From an uncultured Candidatus Saccharibacteria bacterium (lineage in GTDB: Bacteria > Patescibacteriota > CAZHWT01): a stretch of 64,000 bases of DNA. Position numbers and translations under genes: made by a program. The DNA is taken from positions 102,441-166,440 of the forward strand of contig CAZQWH010000001.1 in assembly GCA_964597145.1 (NCBI GenBank), in the 5' to 3' direction. Below the pieces are notes generated by a model. It was given only the letters and a program-made list of their open reading frames with translations. It did not search any database and was not told the DNA's origin. This document shows, piece by piece, positions 60,759 through 64,000 of this stretch (positions are counted from its first letter, which is position 1; the number at the start of each line of letters is the position of its first letter).

Positions 60759-61574
60759 ATGTCGGCTGAAATTACGGTAAATAGCAATCCGGATATAGCT
60801 CTGTCGGGATATGTTCTTAATGTGCTTGGCTTAAAAAAACACCCTTGGACCAAGCGCGGTCCACTGGCTGGCGTGCCAGATGAGTTGATTGAGAAGGCAG
60901 CAGCATACATAGAGTTGAAGTCTAAAATCAGCTTTCAACAGCACCCATTAACAGATCTATCATCCCAAAACCAATCGACAAAGAACCTAATCAAAGAAAT
61001 TGAGCAACTACACAATCGCCAATTAGACCATTACACTGAGAATATTCAAGCCAGTCAGGACTTTTTACAAAAAGTTCTGGATCGAACCGAAGGTCAACTA
61101 GCAGATGTAATTGAGCAATCGACCCGGATATCGTGGCCGTTTGAGCAAGTGTATCTAGTGCCATCGCTTTACCAGGGCGGTACAGTGCATGGTCAGTATG
61201 TATTTATGGGATTCTTCCCCGGTAAGCCAGGAAAGAAAAATGCATCGGGAGTGATACATGAACTAGTTCATGTAAACACGTATGAAGCAAGCAAGCCGCT
61301 ACGGCAATCGTTAAAGCTACCCACGGACTCTATCGAAGCGGCAACCGTTTTAGTGACAAATAAAGCGGTACATCATCTCAATCACCAAATCAAATCTTTA
61401 GACCTGACCGACAACAGCTTTTCAACTTATTATCGAGACTATATTCTTGATCATGGTCAGAATTTAACCAACCTTGCTACTAAGCATGTTAAATATGCCG
61501 AGCTAGTGCAAGCAATTGACCAGTATTTCATCGACAACAAGTACCCGGGCTACTTTAAGCAGCATGGAATTTAG
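60759..61574 (+). CDS. Putative zinc metalloprotease-like protein (HExxH)
   Basis: GVIHELVH plus downstream Glu (SIEAAT); GGAGG RBS; 2 nt after the previous stop. Confidence 0.65.
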   Translation: MSAEITVNSNPDIALSGYVLNVLGLKKHPWTKRGPLAGVPDELIEKAAAYIELKSKISFQQHPLTDLSSQNQSTKNLIKEIEQLHNRQLDHYTENIQASQDFLQKVLDRTEGQLADVIEQSTRISWPFEQVYLVPSLYQGGTVHGQYVFMGFFPGKPGKKNASGVIHELVHVNTYEASKPLRQSLKLPTDSIEAATVLVTNKAVHHLNHQIKSLDLTDNSFSTYYRDYILDHGQNLTNLATKHVKYAELVQAIDQYFIDNKYPGYFKQHGI

Positions 61575-61678
61575 TCCATTAGGAAGCTATATCCTATAGT
61601 AATTGACAATTTCCCTGAGTAGTAGTAATATACACCAACGTTAAGACCTTCTAGTTCTTGTCAAGAAAGGCAGAAGCT

Positions 61679-61987
61679 ATGTCGACGATGGTTAAACAGA
61701 TTTGTGTCAATTGTGGCAAGGAATTTGCAACCAACAACGGTTCCAATTCCTGCTACGATTGCACCTTGTCGCGGACTGCCGGCGGTCTGATTCCGGAGGA
61801 AGGTGACTTCCGCACTGCGCGTATCATCTCCGGAACGATGAGCAACCAGCAGCATCAAGACTTGGTTGGTGACTTGTCATCAATTGAGCTTGATGACCCT
61901 GCGCCGGAGACGGAGAATTGCCCGTACTGCGGGTACTATGACCGGCGCTGGTGCAATAGTAGCAATTGCCCGGGCTCTGAGAGTTAA
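61679..61987 (+). CDS. Small Cys-rich Zn-finger protein
   Basis: CVNC..CYDC and CPYC..C....C; TTGACA-17-TAATAT promoter at 61603-61631. Confidence 0.6.
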   Translation: MSTMVKQICVNCGKEFATNNGSNSCYDCTLSRTAGGLIPEEGDFRTARIISGTMSNQQHQDLVGDLSSIELDDPAPETENCPYCGYYDRRWCNSSNCPGSES

Positions 61988-62191
61988 TGGTATCTATCCA
62001 AACTTTCGGGTCGAGGTCTTGGAGTGCCAGCGGAAGCCTTGTTGGCCCCACCCCTGCTTGACCCATACGTCAGGCGTCTACCTGGACGACTCTTTCTTGT
62101 TTTTAATTGAATCTGCAGCCCTAATACCTTTGAGTTTTGACCTGTGATTCTGCCCTTTACCCTTAGAATTTTGACCTAGCTAACCGGAGTG

Positions 62192-62221
62192 TTGACTTCC
62201 AGGGGTTATATGCGTTATAAT
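62192..62221 (+). promoter_or_regulatory. sigma70 promoter for infA/alpha operon
   Basis: TTGACT-18-TATAAT. Confidence 0.75.
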
Positions 62222-62258
62222 CCGCCAGTATCACCAGAGATTACGGTGATCGTTTTTT

Positions 62259-62489
62259 ATGGCCAATAGCAATAGTATTGAAATTGAGGGAGTAGTGGTT
62301 GAGGCGTTGCCTAACACTATGTTTCGGGTAAAGGTGGATATTGGCGATGGACGAGAACACATTGTGCTAACCACTCTTTCCGGGAAGATGAAGACCCGTT
62401 GGATTCGGGTTTTGCCCGGAGACAAAGTAAAACTAGTAGTTGTTCCGCCCGATTTAACCCAAGGTAGAATTATTTACCGCTTTAGATAA
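62259..62489 (+). CDS. infA: Translation initiation factor IF-1
   Basis: [29 protein letters not shown]. Confidence 0.98.
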   Translation: MANSNSIEIEGVVVEALPNTMFRVKVDIGDGREHIVLTTLSGKMKTRWIRVLPGDKVKLVVVPPDLTQGRIIYRFR

Positions 62490-62512
62490 TGCAAACAAAC
62501 AGGAAATAGAGA

Positions 62513-62626
62513 ATGAAAGTATCTTCTTCTGCCAAAAAACGATGTGAAAGATGTATTATTGTGCGCCGCCGAGGTGTGGTGCGCGTTATTTGTGTCAACC
62601 CTCGCCATAAACAGCGCCAGGGTTAA
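62513..62626 (+). CDS. rpmJ: 50S ribosomal protein L36 (below the ORF-track size cutoff)
   Basis: Manual translation [37 protein letters not shown]. Confidence 0.97.
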   Translation: MKVSSSAKKRCERCIIVRRRGVVRVICVNPRHKQRQG

Positions 62627-62654
62627 TTAATAATCTAAAAACGAAAGTAGTCAT

Positions 62655-63038
62655 ATGCCAAGAATTGCCGGAGTAGATATCCCAAACGATAAAAAGATTG
62701 AATTCAGCTTACGTTATGTCCAAGGTATTGGCGAGACAACAGCCAAAAAGTTGGTTTCTATGGCTCGTATCTCTCCCACAACTAAAGCCAAGGATTTGAG
62801 CGACGAAGATGTGTCCAAAATTAACCAGCTAATCGAGCAGCATTATATTGTTGAAGGCGAGCTCCGTCGGGCCGTTAGCGATAGCGTTAAACGCTTAGTT
62901 GATATTGGCAGTTATCGTGGCACCCGTCACAAAAAGGGGCTACCAGCTCACGGACAACGGACTCGGCATAATGCTCGAACCCGTCGGGGCAAGAAGCAGA
63001 CGGTCGGCGGAATGCGCCGAGTATTACAAAAGACATAA
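62655..63038 (+). CDS. rpsM: 30S ribosomal protein S13
   Basis: MPRIAGVDIP, GSYRGTRH, GQRTRHNARTR. Confidence 0.99.
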   Translation: MPRIAGVDIPNDKKIEFSLRYVQGIGETTAKKLVSMARISPTTKAKDLSDEDVSKINQLIEQHYIVEGELRRAVSDSVKRLVDIGSYRGTRHKKGLPAHGQRTRHNARTRRGKKQTVGGMRRVLQKT

Positions 63039-63054
63039 GGATATTTAGCTACAT

Positions 63055-63438
63055 ATGGCACCGACAAACCGCAAACGAAAACCAATGCGTCAAGTAGCCT
63101 CAGGTAAGGTATATATCTCGGCTACGTTTAACAATACCATTATTTCAATCACCGATGACCAAGGCAATGTACTGGCTTGGGGATCATCGGGATCGGCTGG
63201 ATTTAAGGGCTCACGAAAATCCACTCCGTTCGCTGCCTCAACCGCGGTGGACCAGGTGACCGCTCGAGTTAAAGACGCCGGTTTGCAAAAGGTAGAAATT
63301 TTCGTCAAAGGCCCCGGAGTGGGTCGCGACGCCGCAATTCGGGCTTTTAAAAATGCAAATATCGAAGTAACGGGGATTACCGATACTACCCCTACCCCAC
63401 ATAATGGGTGCCGGCCACGTAAGCGGAGGAGAGTATAG
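63055..63438 (+). CDS. rpsK: 30S ribosomal protein S11
   Basis: ATFNNTII, GFKGSRKSTPFAA, PHNGCRPRKRRRV. Confidence 0.99.
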   Translation: MAPTNRKRKPMRQVASGKVYISATFNNTIISITDDQGNVLAWGSSGSAGFKGSRKSTPFAASTAVDQVTARVKDAGLQKVEIFVKGPGVGRDAAIRAFKNANIEVTGITDTTPTPHNGCRPRKRRRV

Positions 63439-63443
63439 AAAGG

Positions 63444-63567
63444 AAATTCGAAGTAAAAAATACGAAATCAGAAACAAATAAGAAATAATAAATTAGAAAT
63501 AGGAAACGTTTTTGTAATTTCGAACTTCTCATTTGTTTAGGATTTATGATTTAAGATTTAGGATTTT
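63444..63567. repeat. Inverted degenerate heptamer tract between rpsK and rpsD
   Basis: A-rich left half (aaattcg, aaatacg, aaatcag) faces a T-rich right half (gatttat, gatttaa, gatttag). Confidence 0.65.
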
Positions 63568-63576
63568 ATTAAAGTT

Positions 63577-64000
63577 ATGGCAAGATATACTGGACCAAAA
63601 CATAAACAATGTCGCCGCGAAGGCATTAAGCTGTGTGACAGCCCCAAGTGCCCTGTAGAGCGTAAGGGTGCAGTGCCTCCGGGACAGCATGGACTACGCC
63701 GCAGCCGCAAACCCTCTAACTTTGCCATTCAGCTACGTGAAAAGCAAAAAGTAAAGCGCTACTATGGTGTATTAGAGCGACAATTTACCAAGTACTACGA
63801 TTGGGCAACCAAGAGTAAATCCACTGGTTCAGCTTTGTTAGTGTTATTGGAAACTCGTCTCGACCATGTCGTCTACCTACTCGGTTTTGCCCCAACCAAG
63901 CGCATGGCCCGTCAACTCGTTAACCATGGCCATATTTTAGTCAATGGTAAGCGGGTCGATATTCCATCATATAATGTAGCACCTGGTGATGTAATCTCAA
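63577..64000 (+). CDS. rpsD: 30S ribosomal protein S4 (partial, runs off the window)
   Basis: Manual translation [16 protein letters not shown]...PPGQHG...QLREKQK...LETRLD...ARQLVNHGH. Confidence 0.98.
   Translation, partial: MARYTGPKHKQCRREGIKLCDSPKCPVERKGAVPPGQHGLRRSRKPSNFAIQLREKQKVKRYYGVLERQFTKYYDWATKSKSTGSALLVLLETRLDHVVYLLGFAPTKRMARQLVNHGHILVNGKRVDIPSYNVAPGDVIS

Overview
Bacterial chromosomal window, almost certainly from a Patescibacteria/CPR organism (inferred from the missing rpmD/L30 and the lack of Shine-Dalgarno motifs at most ribosomal-protein genes; standard code 11). About 1-42 kb is an accessory mosaic of small housekeeping/stress genes (HD hydrolases, UDG, VOC proteins, NUDIX, RecQ, heterodimeric ABC exporter, CDF, MFS, a GT2/deacetylase polysaccharide module, a RAYT transposase) mixed with many ORFans and REP/heptamer repeat clusters. 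About 42.6-64 kb is the str-S10-spc-alpha ribosomal superoperon, interrupted between map and infA by a ~3 kb repeat/ORFan insert. The most notable unexplained signals are: (i) six intergenic elements, each a conserved CWGAGWTA box followed at exactly 15 bp by a 24-bp double palindrome whose sequence varies but whose symmetry is kept; (ii) a ~620-nt non-coding stretch (37.3-37.9 kb) that folds by eye into two multi-branched, G-U-rich RNA domains plus a terminator; (iii) ORFan cassettes sharing one terminator stem; (iv) candidate attenuator or structured leaders upstream of a (p)ppGpp-hydrolase-like gene, recQ and the GT2 gene. All structure calls were made by eye; no database searches were run.
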